A stretch of DNA of 64,000 nucleotides from an uncultured Hormoscilla sp. (GCA_963921275.4 OZ001293.3:6240001-6304000); one strand, 5' to 3'. Counted from the first letter of the stretch, positions 21,974 to 32,999 are shown. The notes: generated by a model not told the origin, from the letters alone. Numbers and translations: made by a program.

Positions 21974-23038
21974 TTAAAGAACTCTATAATACTCGCGGGC
22001 GTACGCGGCTATATCGGTAGCGCGATCTAGATGATTAATGATGCGTCGAGCATTGTAAAAATCCCTGGTGTCCCCGTAGATGTAATCATTCAACTTGTAA
22101 CTGGTAAAGGTGCCATCCCGCATACCGATTACCAGGATCTTAGCTGCGATCGGGGGTTCAGATGCTCGTTCGGGATTATTCACCAGATCGATACCCAATC
22201 TGTTAGCCCAATCCGTATAATTGTACCGTCCCGTGATCTGCACAAAACCGCGTCCCTTATAGCGGGGACCATCTCCTGATTGCGTATTGCCTAAATCCGA
22301 TCGCCCTTCATAGGCCCAACCGCTAGCAAATTCTATCATCCATTGTCCCAGATGAGATTCATGTTCTGCTGTCGCAAAAATATAGGCAATTTGTCCTCGA
22401 TCTGTAACCCCATTCGCGTCACATTCCTGCAATATTAAGGGAATAGACTCCCGTGCATAGGAACGAAAACTCTCTGGAATCGTAGCGACAATTCTGTCCA
22501 AGTCAAAAGAACCAACTTGCTTGTTGTAGGGCCGATAAGCTTCTACATATTTGGACTCCAGAGCTGACCAAGTGTTTTCACCTACAATGCCATCAACAAA
22601 TAGACCCTTACTCTGCTGGAAACGTTTAACCGCCGACTCCATTTTTGAGTCAAATCTCCCATCTGATGGTTCATTTTGGGAAAGCATTCCCTGTTTTTTC
22701 AGCAAATCCTGAAGGGTTTTGACATGATTTTGCAATTGAGGGGAATCAATGCCATCACCGAGGCGGAGTAGAGGATATCTCTGGGGCGGTGTGGGGGATG
22801 TTCGGTTTAAGACTGCCCATGTCTCTGGATAAACAATTCCATCCACATATAACTCGTTATACTGCTGTAAACGTTTAACCGCATCCTCAGTTCGAGTGTC
22901 AAATCGACCATCGGATGGCACGTTAGCAGCAAGTACACCCGCTTTTTTCAATTTATCTTGCAGTTCTATGACTTGCTGTTGGTACTCCGGGTACTGTATA
23001 CCATCTCCTTTACGCAGTATCGGATTTTTGATTGCCAT
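21974..23038 (-). CDS. Peptidoglycan-binding + GH19 hydrolase, copy 2
   Basis: Same architecture, YKGRGFVQITGRYNY. Confidence 0.88.
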   Translation of the reverse strand: MAIKNPILRKGDGIQYPEYQQQVIELQDKLKKAGVLAANVPSDGRFDTRTEDAVKRLQQYNELYVDGIVYPETWAVLNRTSPTPPQRYPLLRLGDGIDSPQLQNHVKTLQDLLKKQGMLSQNEPSDGRFDSKMESAVKRFQQSKGLFVDGIVGENTWSALESKYVEAYRPYNKQVGSFDLDRIVATIPESFRSYARESIPLILQECDANGVTDRGQIAYIFATAEHESHLGQWMIEFASGWAYEGRSDLGNTQSGDGPRYKGRGFVQITGRYNYTDWANRLGIDLVNNPERASEPPIAAKILVIGMRDGTFTSYKLNDYIYGDTRDFYNARRIINHLDRATDIAAYAREYYRVL

Positions 23039-23196
23039 TGATGCATTCCTCTTTTTCAAGTCAAAAGTCAAAAGTTTTACTAAGCGCGTGACTTTTCAAG
23101 TCAAAAGTCACGCACCATGGGTGACGGTGAAAAATGAGCCGAGCAGGTAGTAATGGTATTTTACCATCTGGATCCATTCTACTTAATGTTTTTTTG

Positions 23197-24114
23197 CTAG
23201 CAGCTTGTTACTCCCTGCTGCTCAATTTGCAGGGTTTTCACAACCGCTGCAATGGACTGCTGCTGCCAGGCCAAGGCGATCGCCGCTGCTACATCCGGTG
23301 CTGGCCCTGGTTCCACCAAGGCCAACAGAGTCGGTCCTGCACCACTGATTACCATCCCTAATGCACCGGCATCCACAGCGGCTTTCTGGACAACATCATA
23401 TCCGAGAATCAAGCTTTTCCGGTAAGGTTGATGGATGCGGTCTTGCAGGGCCGATCGGATCCAGTCGGCCCGACCTGTTTCTAATCCTCGCACTAATAAG
23501 CCTAAATGGGAAGTGTTAAATATGGCATCGGCGCGACTGTACTGGGTGGGAAGCACCCGTCGGGCCTCGGCGGTAGATAGTTCAAAATCGGGTATTGCTA
23601 CAACTGGAATAATATTGGAATGCCAGGGGATGTCGCAAATCTGGCAACCCCCATCACTGGTGGCGGCCAGACGACAGCCTCCCAAAAGTGCCGGGACCAC
23701 GTTATCGGGATGTCCTTCTAGGGCGATCGCCAGTTCCAGCACCTCAGCTCGATTGAGTGGTTCGCCTGCTAGGAGGTTAGCAGCAACCAACCCGCCGACG
23801 ATCGCGGTGGCGGAACTCCCCAACCCTCTGGCCAAAGGTACGTTGATGGTAAGGTCGATCTGTACGGGTGGCGCAGTCTGTCCTAAATGCTCATACAATT
23901 TGACAAAAGATTGGTAGAGGAGATTGTCAGCACCCGTACTCAGTCCCTTTGCCCCTGCACCGGTGACATTGATATGATAAACCTTGTCGTCATTCTCGGT
24001 GAGGTAGGAGAACTGGAATTGATTGTAGAGAGTTAAAGCTGCACCGATGCAATCAAAGCCAGGACCGAGGTTGGCCGTTGTCGCTGGCACCTTAACTGTA
24101 ACTGTATTGACCAT
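23197..24114 (-). CDS. thrB: Homoserine kinase
   Basis: VPATTANLGPGFD, PLARGLGSSA, EGHPDN, SGAGPT. Confidence 0.98.
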   Translation of the reverse strand: MVNTVTVKVPATTANLGPGFDCIGAALTLYNQFQFSYLTENDDKVYHINVTGAGAKGLSTGADNLLYQSFVKLYEHLGQTAPPVQIDLTINVPLARGLGSSATAIVGGLVAANLLAGEPLNRAEVLELAIALEGHPDNVVPALLGGCRLAATSDGGCQICDIPWHSNIIPVVAIPDFELSTAEARRVLPTQYSRADAIFNTSHLGLLVRGLETGRADWIRSALQDRIHQPYRKSLILGYDVVQKAAVDAGALGMVISGAGPTLLALVEPGPAPDVAAAIALAWQQQSIAAVVKTLQIEQQGVTSC

Positions 24115-24203
24115 TTTGAATATTTTACTGCCCCATATGCCAGATATTATCAGATATCAGATCCTATTGGCAAGGGGCGATCGACCTGTGAGGACATGAG
24201 AAG

Positions 24204-24818
24204 ATGGGTTTCTATTCTCAAGTAATTTTCCCTCGCGCTTTGGACTGGGTGATGTCCGACCCCCTGTTTACCCAGTACCGTCAAGCAGTTTTGTCTGAGG
24301 TTTCGGGGGAAATTTTGGAAATTGGCTTTGGTACGGGATTGAATTTGCCCCATTACCCAAAAAGCATTCAAAAGCTGACTGCGATCGATGCTAATCCTGG
24401 GATGAATGCCTTAGCAAGGAAACGCATTCAATCTTCTGGGATTATTGTAGCTAATCGAGTCCTGAATGGTGAGAGTTTACCGATGGCGGATAATAGCTTT
24501 GATAGCGTGGTGAGTACCTGGACATTATGTAGCATTGCCAAGGTAAAACAAGCGCTACAGGAAATTCATCGGGTGCTCAAACCTGGGGGAAAGTTCTTTT
24601 TCATCGAACATGGACTGAGTGACGACCCCAAAGTGCAAGTATGGCAACATCGCTTGACCCCTTTACAGAAGATTATCGCTGATGGCTGTCATCTCGATCG
24701 CAATATGAAAAAGCTAGTGGAAAACCAGTTTGAGGTGCTGAAGCTGGAGGAGTTTTATATGGAGGAAACTCCGAAATTTGCTGGCTATATGTATAAAGGC
24801 GTTGCTACAAAAGGATGA
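24204..24818 (+). CDS. Class I SAM-dependent methyltransferase
   Basis: LEIGFGTG, TLCSI, RVLKPGG. Confidence 0.93.
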   Translation: MGFYSQVIFPRALDWVMSDPLFTQYRQAVLSEVSGEILEIGFGTGLNLPHYPKSIQKLTAIDANPGMNALARKRIQSSGIIVANRVLNGESLPMADNSFDSVVSTWTLCSIAKVKQALQEIHRVLKPGGKFFFIEHGLSDDPKVQVWQHRLTPLQKIIADGCHLDRNMKKLVENQFEVLKLEEFYMEETPKFAGYMYKGVATKG

Positions 24819-24947
24819 CAGACTGAGTCTCATAGCCCGCCGGGGGTTCAAACCCTAAGGCTTTTAGCTAAGGGACGAGCAAGAAAATAAAGTAGCGCAG
24901 GGGGGAAAGGGGAACGGGGAACTCAAGGGCGGGGAACGGTCGGTAAC

Positions 24948-25320
24948 GCAAGGTTGGCCCGTGGGTTAGCAAGGTTGGCCCGTGGGTTAGCAAGGTTGGT
25001 CCGTGGGTTAGCAAAGTTGGCCCCTGCAGAGGCAATACTCCCTGGTGCTTCGGTAAGATGCTGCCCTATAGCTATGCAACTGTAAATTAGTTTCTCCGTT
25101 CCAGTCGTGGGTTAGCAAGGTTGGCCCGTGGGTTAGCAAGGTTGGCCCGTGGGTTAGCAAGGTTGGTCCGTGGGTTAGCAAGGTTGGCCCCTGCAGAGGC
25201 AATACTCTCTGGTGCTTCGGTAAGATGCCGCCCTATAGCTATGCAACTGTAAATTAGTTTCCCCGTTCCAGTCGTGCGTTAGCAAGGTTGGCCCGTGGGT
25301 TAGCAAGGTTGGTCCGTGGG
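24948..25320. repeat. 21-bp tandem repeats (GGGTTAGCAAGGTTGGYCCGT) within a 167-bp higher-order duplication
   Basis: Three arrays separated by two near-identical ~100-bp blocks (CTGCAGAGGC at 25024 and 25191). Confidence 0.9.
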
Positions 25321-25422
25321 GGGCCAGCAGCGAAGTGAGAGAATTACAGCCACCGTGAAAATAGTTAATCCATTCAGGATCATCTGGCTCCCATAGCGCG
25401 ATCGCCGTAACCATGCTGGGGG

Positions 25423-26459
25423 TTACTGTTCTGGGGACTTGTCAACTTCCACATAAAGACTTAATCCTTTCCTCGCATTAGCATTAAACTTCAATCCCAC
25501 CTCTGTCTCAGTTGTTATCTCCACCGTATCCTGGGAAACATCATCGATTTAAATACTCTCAATTATAACTAACTGGCAGTAAGCTTTTGTCTCACTGGCT
25601 AAAAAAATCCTTTGTTTCACAGATAAAGTGATATCCCTAACCTTTGCTCTTGCTGCTTTTGGTTGCTCAAACCACCTGGTAACTTGACCAATTTCCCTAG
25701 TTTGTTCGATCGATACCTGTTTCAATATTATACGATAAGTCACCAACTCAACCAATGCTTGGCCTAAGGACTCGATAAAATCACATAATTCTAGGAGTTC
25801 GTCAAGCCCAAAATCTCATCTACAACTGCTCCGTGTGCTGCATCATTCCGGTAACTAATCAGTTCATTGAGTCGTCTTTCACTAATATTTTGACTTTCCA
25901 TGTATTTATTTACCCACCTCCAAGCATCGGCAATTCCAGCATCAGCCAACAATCTGTCTAGCTCATCCTTCCGTAAATTTTGCTCGTGCAAGAGAAATGC
26001 TTGAGGTATTAAATAGTATTTTTCTTTGCCTGTTATCCCATCGAATAATTCTTTAACAACATCGATTTCCTGAAGAGTTTTAAATCTCTTCTTTTTTAAG
26101 TCAAGCAGCAAACGCCCTACCCCTTCACGGTGTGTATTCCTGATTCTCTCGTCCAAGTCAGAATAACTGGAAACCTGTTCTGGAAGAAATTCTAACCACA
26201 GAAAAATTAAATCTTCAACAAATTTCTCGTAAACAGCATATAACCGAGTAATAGCAGCACAGCGTTCGTAAATCCGCCATTCATTCTCCTCTGGAATTAC
26301 CTCAATCAGTTCAGTTATTTTTACACTCTCCTCTGATTCCTGTTTCGTTGCGATCGCGATTTCTCTGAGCTTTTGATTGGTCAGGATAATTGCACGAATG
26401 GTATCAATTTTCGGCCTGAGTTTATTGATAAGATTTTGAAGCTTGTCAAAGTAAAACAT
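25423..26459 (-). pseudogene. HEPN-domain protein (MAE_28990/MAE_18760-like), frameshift near 25805 and in-frame TAA at 25549
   Basis: RLYAVYEKFV and YRNDAAHG (RxxxxH). The sequence continues in a shifted frame ELLELCDFIESLG...IESI*IDD...EVGLKF. Confidence 0.75.
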
Positions 26460-26465
26460 GGCTAG

Positions 26466-27641
26466 TTACTCGGCAATAACTTGGGTCAGCATATCGTCGA
26501 AAAGTTGGATTCGCTTCTGGATATCGGCATTGGTTTTTCCACTACCGGTAAACAGACGCGCTTTGTCGTCGTTCAGAAGCTGCCTTGTCCGTGCAATCAC
26601 TTGTTCTTTTCGCGAAATCAGCAAGTTGGTATCGGACAAATGCCTGCTAAACCCCACCATAACAGCATCATAATAAGCTTTATAAGAACGATATTGTCTC
26701 CGGCTAGACTGCCGGTCGAAAGGCTTAAATAAATCCTGCCCGTAAATTTGGTGAGCCAGATCGATTGTTTGAATAAAAATGCTCTCAAGCATTTCAACAT
26801 CTTTATCAGAACAGTGCATACTTTTCATCATGTATAAATCCAATAATTCTGTTAAATCTCCGCGTAATTCCTCAGCATGACGCAAGGCGAAGAAGCGCAG
26901 AACTAACTCGGCGTCTTCCATCTTTTTGTAGAGAGCATTCTTAGACAGTTTTTTGTCATTATCTTCTATAGGTATCCCCCAAGCCTCAGCAAATATCGGT
27001 TTCCGTGCTAGTGTTAGCAAGAGTTCGTTAAATTTTCCTAGATATAAACAGTTTCTGATCTCCTGCCGACTTAGATCGACTCCTTCAGTATTCAGACGCT
27101 CAAAAGCACGCTGCTTTAGAAACAGTGCCTTTTCAGGATTTGGTTCCGACTCAAATATCAATACGATCGAGGATAGAGAACGACGGTTGATCCCAGCTTT
27201 AATTGTTAGTGGCAGGTCTTCATACTTCCGTCCATTTAGTTCTGGCCAAAGCTCTAGTCCTTGAAGTACGAGTTTGTTTTCGTAAAAAGCTTGAAGTGCT
27301 GTTATTCTCTGTTGACCGTCCATCACTTCATAAGAATTATATGCTTTTTCATAAAGAATGATTGGTGGTACAGGAATATTGATAAGAAATGATTCGATCA
27401 ATCGTGATTGTTGGACAGGGTTCCAACGCGCTCTCCTCTGGTAGAATGGGCGCAAATCTATATAATCCGGTTTCTTTAATGATTCAACAAAACTTGGTAA
27501 CTTTTCCCGGTTGATTTCGGTAAGGATTCTTTGCTCTCCTTTATCGTACTTAGCTATAATTTACCTATCTGACATTGTTTTTTGGCTATTTTTCGAGGGG
27601 ATGTTATCCCAGAGTTTTTCTTCAAAGGGTGCAAGCAACAT
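26466..27641 (-). pseudogene. DUF262 (GmrSD/ParB-like) protein with in-frame TAA at 27561-27563
   Basis: RPFYQRR..W, SRLIESFLINIPVPPI, VMDGQQR, FERLN. The upstream in-frame text reads MSDR*IIAKYDKGEQR. Confidence 0.85.
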
Positions 27642-28157
27642 TGGTTGTCTTCTCCTTGGGAATGACTGTGGTACAAGGGCTATAACTATTAGATCACAAC
27701 AGTTGGAACATGGCGGTTAACTTTTTACTCCTGCGTGGGTTCCGGTCCGGTGCCGGTCGGGCTTTCTTGGACTTGTGGCTGTTTGCTCCTGATATCATAT
27801 CATACGCGATCGGGGGAGGGGGGATGCCTGAGGTGAGAGAATTTCCCAAATCTTCTCAGTGCCCCGATCGCTAGCACTGTTTGCTCCTTAGATCCTATCT
27901 TGGCGATCGCCGAGAGGGGACCAGTTTAGGAAATAATTACCAGTATAGCCGCCGGCACCTGGGAGCAGAGCCTCCGGCGTGCCTTCCCAGGTAGAACCAG
28001 CCAACGAGTTGAAATGATTCCCCGTATAGCCGCCGGCACCGGTCGGCAGAGCCTCGGCGTGCCTTCCCTGGCTCTGCCAGGGAAGGAGTAAATGGTGTCT
28101 AACCAGGTTTTCCAGACAGGTTTGCCCGATCGCAAACAGAGTCAAATTCTTGTCCAG

Positions 28158-28310
28158 TCAGGACTTGAGTGATTGATAAGTTTTTCTCATCACCTGTCTG
28201 GCATAGTCGAGAACCAACGAGTCTGGCTTTGTCATCAGATCCGCTTCTCTTACCGTAATAACATCCTGTCCAGCATCCCTTAGCAACTCAACTAGGCGCT
28301 TTGCCTGGGA
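28158..28310 (-). pseudogene. PIN-like (DUF5615-type) toxin fragment
   Basis: SQAKRLVELLRDAGQDVITVREA...PDSLVLDYA, truncated at both ends. Confidence 0.5.
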
Positions 28311-28629
28311 ACGAGTTCTAGAGGCGGAGCCTCTAGTTGACAATGGTGCAAGATATGAGTATAATCAATTTTATTATAAGCTATCGCCTGCCCAAGCAAA
28401 GGCTGGAGCCACCAGCTGTACGGTGTCTGATTGGGCTGTGTGGATAAGTTCAATAGCTTATTGTGCTTCCTCTACAGGCTTTTATAGCGTTAGGTATTTG
28501 ATGCTGACGCTAGTATCCAGACAAAGAACTCAACCACGATATTCGTCTCCTTCCCAGAGTCTGCGAATTAGCGGTCAAGAATCACTCATCAACAATCCCT
28601 ATCATCTCCTAATTGTGCAACGCCCAACT

Positions 28630-28769
28630 ACTTTTGACCACACCCCGCAGCATACCATACTCATAGTTACAGGTATGGTAGCAAGAGGAGCTAAACTTTT
28701 GACCACACCCCAAAAACATACACCAAGCTTGATGTATGTTTTTTAGCCATACATCTAACTGGAGGTATG
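28630..28769. promoter_or_regulatory. Array of three CATAC-N12-GTATG palindromes plus two 17-bp direct repeats
   Basis: Palindromes at 28656, 28717 and 28748; ACTTTTGACCACACCCC at 28630 and 28695. Confidence 0.6.
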
Positions 28770-28813
28770 TTCTGAAAGTTAGCGGGCGTTATAGCGGTAT
28801 TGAATCCCGAAGG

Positions 28814-29245
28814 ACTTGACACTGATAAAATAATCGGCAATAATTATTTATGTGTGTTTTCCTGAGACATTATGGGAAGGAGCATCAGTAAAGAACTATC
28901 TCTAACGGATGCAGTTCGCCTGGGAACAACATCCTCATCCCCCTACTTGGGTTCGCCGACATTCGACGAAGTGCCTTTCTACGTTCAGGTGGGCCGTCAG
29001 CCAGCCTTGGGCACCTACGTCATAATTGAACTTGACACCGATAAAATAATCGGCAATAATTATTTATGTGTGTTTTCCTGAGACATTATGGGAAGGAGCA
29101 TCAGTAAAGAACTATCTCTAACGGATGCAGTTCGCCTGGGAACGACATCCTCATCCCCCTACTTGGGTTCGCCGACATTCGACGAAGTGCCTTTCCACGT
29201 TCAGGTGGGCCGTCAGCCAGCCTTGGGCACCTACGTCATAATTGA
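28814..29245 (+). repeat. 216-bp tandem duplication of the promoter (TTGACA-N17-AATAAT) and 5' end of the HerA-type gene
   Basis: ATGs at 28872 and 29088; three substitutions seen between the units. Confidence 0.92.
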
Positions 29246-30647
29246 ACGCGATTCAGATCGCAGCGTTCATTACGGACGGATAATCGGCGGTACAGAAGAC
29301 AACCCCCGTGCCAACCCGTCCTCAATGCAACAGGATCAGGCATACAATGTCGGTCACAAGGATCCCAGGCCAGGAGATCTAGCTCCTCACGTCACTCGGG
29401 TGATGAATGTCGAAGTCTTGGGCGAGATCCATCTAGATGATGGCGGCAAGATGACCGTGAAGGAACCTAGTCTTCTGGGGCAAACTGGTAAGGGTGTCTA
29501 TGAATTGCCAGCAGACCAGATTCCGTGGTTACACAACATTCCCGATTCGCCGGACAAGGGTTTTCACATCGGGATAATTGAATCGGGGAACCGTTCCGTA
29601 GATTTTGTGCTGCCAATGGAGGCGATCGCCCGGCATCTGGCAGTGGTAGGAAAAACGGGGGTAGGCAAGAGTTATGCTGTAGGAGTTTTGATCGAAGAAT
29701 TAGCAGGCCACGGCATTCCGGTTATTGCCTTTGACGTGCTAGGAGACATGATTTATGCTGCTGAAGACCTCAAAGGGCGTAGCTTTCGAGCTGGAAAAGA
29801 CTTTCGAGTGCCTTACTCGGTGATTGGATGGAATGAGTTTTTGGGATTTGTCCCTAACCTGACATCTGACCAATCGGAATTAGTTTCCCTGGGCTATAAT
29901 GTAGTTTTAGGGGAAGCTTTTCAAAGCTTAGAGCAGACGGGAAGGGTAAACATCCCTATTCAGGAACTTTTGGATGAAATCAACAGGGCAGGTCAGGAAT
30001 TTGGGCAAGCTGCTGTGGCAGGGCGGGCAGCACGCAAAGTGCAAACAACCTTTAACCGCAATCTCCTGTTGACTACTGGTACTGAAGCATGGTTGGGGGA
30101 ATTTACAGAAAAACCAATAACAAATGTATTTGTCGGTCATTTAAACCAACAGCAACGAAACTTGATCGTTGGGGCGACGGCGCGAATGCTTCAAGCACTC
30201 AGAAAGCGCGAGCAAATTCCTCCTTTCGTGTTTGTGCTGGATGAAGCTCATTTTTTCTTACCAGCAGCAGGAAGGATCACGCCTTCTACTAATGTTATCC
30301 GAGAGATGATCCGCACTGCTCGTCACGACGCGATCGGCATCGCGCTGATCACCCAGAGTCCGTCATCTATGGACAAGCAGGTGCTTTTGACTTGTAATAC
30401 GCGGGTGGTATTCGCCCTAGATCCGGATGACATTAAATTAGTATCAGGCACGATGGGAGATGTTGCGGAAGAAATGAAGTTACGCATTCCCAAGCTGGCC
30501 AAGGGAACGGCGATCGTCTCATCTAGTATGGACATTATGCGACATCCAGCACTTGTCAGAATTCGCAAGCGTCAGACCAGAGAAGGGGCGCCAACACCAA
30601 ATATAGCTGAGGAGGTTAAAAAATGGCGAAAAGAGAACAGATCCTAG
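29088..30647 (+). CDS. HerA/FtsK-family (DUF87) ATPase
   Basis: RHLAVVGKTGVGKS (Walker A), FVLDEAH (Walker B), LITQSP, and an N-terminal beta-rich HAS-barrel-like region. Confidence 0.9.
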   Translation: MGRSISKELSLTDAVRLGTTSSSPYLGSPTFDEVPFHVQVGRQPALGTYVIIERDSDRSVHYGRIIGGTEDNPRANPSSMQQDQAYNVGHKDPRPGDLAPHVTRVMNVEVLGEIHLDDGGKMTVKEPSLLGQTGKGVYELPADQIPWLHNIPDSPDKGFHIGIIESGNRSVDFVLPMEAIARHLAVVGKTGVGKSYAVGVLIEELAGHGIPVIAFDVLGDMIYAAEDLKGRSFRAGKDFRVPYSVIGWNEFLGFVPNLTSDQSELVSLGYNVVLGEAFQSLEQTGRVNIPIQELLDEINRAGQEFGQAAVAGRAARKVQTTFNRNLLLTTGTEAWLGEFTEKPITNVFVGHLNQQQRNLIVGATARMLQALRKREQIPPFVFVLDEAHFFLPAAGRITPSTNVIREMIRTARHDAIGIALITQSPSSMDKQVLLTCNTRVVFALDPDDIKLVSGTMGDVAEEMKLRIPKLAKGTAIVSSSMDIMRHPALVRIRKRQTREGAPTPNIAEEVKKWRKENRS

Positions 30648-32812
30648 AACAAAGCCTTCTGGATTTGCTAGCGGCAGAAGATGATGGTTTAACAGTCGCA
30701 GAGATTGTCGATAGACTTAGAGTCGGAGATGGTAATGTTTCGGAAACATCTGTACGCGCTCTACTGAACCAACTTGCTGAGGCAGGTAAACTGAACAAAC
30801 AAAAGCGTCGGGGTAAAGGAAGAGGAAAGACTGCCTACGCTTACTTTCACCAGGATAAATTACCGCGACAGCCAATACCGCAACAGCTAAACATATTCGA
30901 TCAAATTCCTGGGGTAAGCAATAAGTCTCGCTTGATTACAAGAACCGAGGTGGAAAAAGAAGAGCTAGAGCTAGATCCAGAGGAACTTAAACGTCAAAAT
31001 CGAGCGCGTTCTGTTTTGGAAAAAATCGCCTCAAGTCATTTGCAATCGGAAGCATATGCACAGGCAATCGTTGAGATCGCACCTCAATTGGCAGAGAAAA
31101 CCCCTGTAGATCTGGTTGTCGAAATGGCCGCTTGGGTAGTAAAAGATCTCAATCAACTGGGAGAGCAAATTAATCGCCGGTGGCAAAGTGGTAACAGAGA
31201 AGAAGTAAGGAAACTCGCTTCCAGACTGGATGAGCGACTGATATGGGCAAGAAGGTACTTTCAGCGATTTTGGCGACTAGACCGTTCAGTATATGAAATT
31301 CCAGGCATTTTGGATTTGCCTGGACAAGCGAAATATTTCTTTCAGGAAAAAAAACGTGCTTTCTTGAATGAGGAAAAAGCACGAGAAAAACTGGGAAAGC
31401 GGATTTTGGGTGATAAAGTAATTGAGGAGCGAGTGCCACCAACCAACATGCACAAAGCAACAGCAGGCACCGATGCATCTGTGGCAGACATTTTATTAGA
31501 GCACTCTCCAAGCAGTTTTATTCCTCCCGATCCAGTGGTAGTAACAACCTCAGCAGCAGCAATGGTAGTTACCGTCGATAGTGAAGGCAAGCTAAAATAC
31601 CAGGATTTTGATATTTTTCCCGATCATCTCCAAGAGTACGAGGACTTTAGAGCCGCTGAAAATGGATTGGTGTTATCTCCAGACCTAATGAGATCCATTG
31701 GTAAAAACTCAGATTTTAAGCACTCGCGAACCGCAGCGATGGATCTCAGACAATACTCACAAGACCTTCATGTTTCAATGGACGAGTCTAAGTGGCGTCC
31801 CATTGGCAATATACCAGAGTTGGGTATTAATTCCAGACCTACCCTGATATTTCGTGACGGTCGCGTGTTACCTATAGTACATCGTTTAAACTTCTATGAA
31901 GATAAAGGCTTGTATGGTAAAATAGTCCGCAACTGAATTAAGAAGTTTGCTGATGTCATTCACAATACTCTGTCAAACACTAGTGGTAAAATTGTCTATG
32001 GGTCTGCGGTTAAAAATCCCGAGCTGTCATGGCTAGCACCTTTAGTATTTTGGTATTTGCACATTAAGCAAGTTAAAGTAGCTGGTAAAGTAGTTGTTGA
32101 TGATGAAGACGTATATAAAGCTCCTTTGGCAGATACAGCAGTATCGCAGCTCCTATTTGTTGGGTTGGCAAAGACAAATAGGAATTTTGAACGAGAGCGA
32201 GTTTTTCTAACTTTCCAACCTTTACGCCGTTTTTCAGATATTGTCTTCCTAGACTATTCTCTACCTTTAGTAATCTCAGAAAACGGTCAGAATAGACTTT
32301 TACAAGAAGATAGTAAAGATGATTGGAATAAGTGGTTCGCAGAACGCATTGCTAGGAAGCAAGAAGAACGTCAAGAAAATATTCTAGATCAAAATGACTA
32401 TCAAGCGTTGATTTATGCTTGTGATAACGCGGGAGTTATCATGTGCTACGCTGCACCCACATCTGCTTATCAAACGATAGTTGATAGCGATTCTGGTACA
32501 GCAGGTCAATTTTTAATTCCTCGCCTGGAAGCAGCTGTCAATTTACAGGATAAGCCCAACTCTTATCAAAAGAACTTAGATGAGATGCTTTCGTGGTTGG
32601 CTGCTGAACATTGGGAACTAGATTTCAACCACACGCAATCAGGATTCGACACGGGAAACTCACAGCAAAGTATTCCTATATTAGTACCTGACGTTACGAT
32701 TCTTGCCCATGAAGCAGCAACCTTTGCTCGCGACAAGTTGAGTGAAGAGGTAAAAGACCAGATTAGATCGCTGATTGCAGAGCTGAGAAAACGCATGGGA
32801 AAAAGCCGCTGA
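30623..32812 (+). pseudogene. wHTH + NurA-like nuclease (~729 codons) with one in-frame TGA at 31934-31936
   Basis: N-terminal LTVAEIVDRL...SVRALLNQLAEAGKL (wHTH). NurA-like motifs AGTDAS, LIFRDG, SAVKN, VPDVTILAHEAA. ORFs 30623 and 32057 share a frame with no other stop between them. Confidence 0.7.
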
Positions 32813-32999
32813 TAGGAATAGATAGAGTTTTGTTACCAGTCCATAGTCTGGTAGCTAGAGAACAAGTATTGCATGCGATCGTCCTTTTCTTTACAAGTCC
32901 GAGGGAAGGGCGATGGGTGCGATCACAAGTAGTTGATAGCCGGGTGCATCGATGATGCATGTAATATAGCCCGCGCAGGCGGGCTTTGTTCCTGTAGCT

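Noticed and set aside
20072..23038. Prophage lysis module
   Set aside because: There are no holin, structural, terminase or integrase genes nearby, and the pair arose by local duplication next to thrB.
24948..25320. CRISPR array
   Set aside because: The repeats are head-to-tail, the intervening blocks are near-identical, and there are no cas genes in the window.
31934..31936. Selenocysteine or programmed readthrough at the TGA in the NurA-like gene
   Set aside because: It is not in a redox/Cys motif, no evident SECIS hairpin follows, and a simple nonsense mutation fits the general decay.
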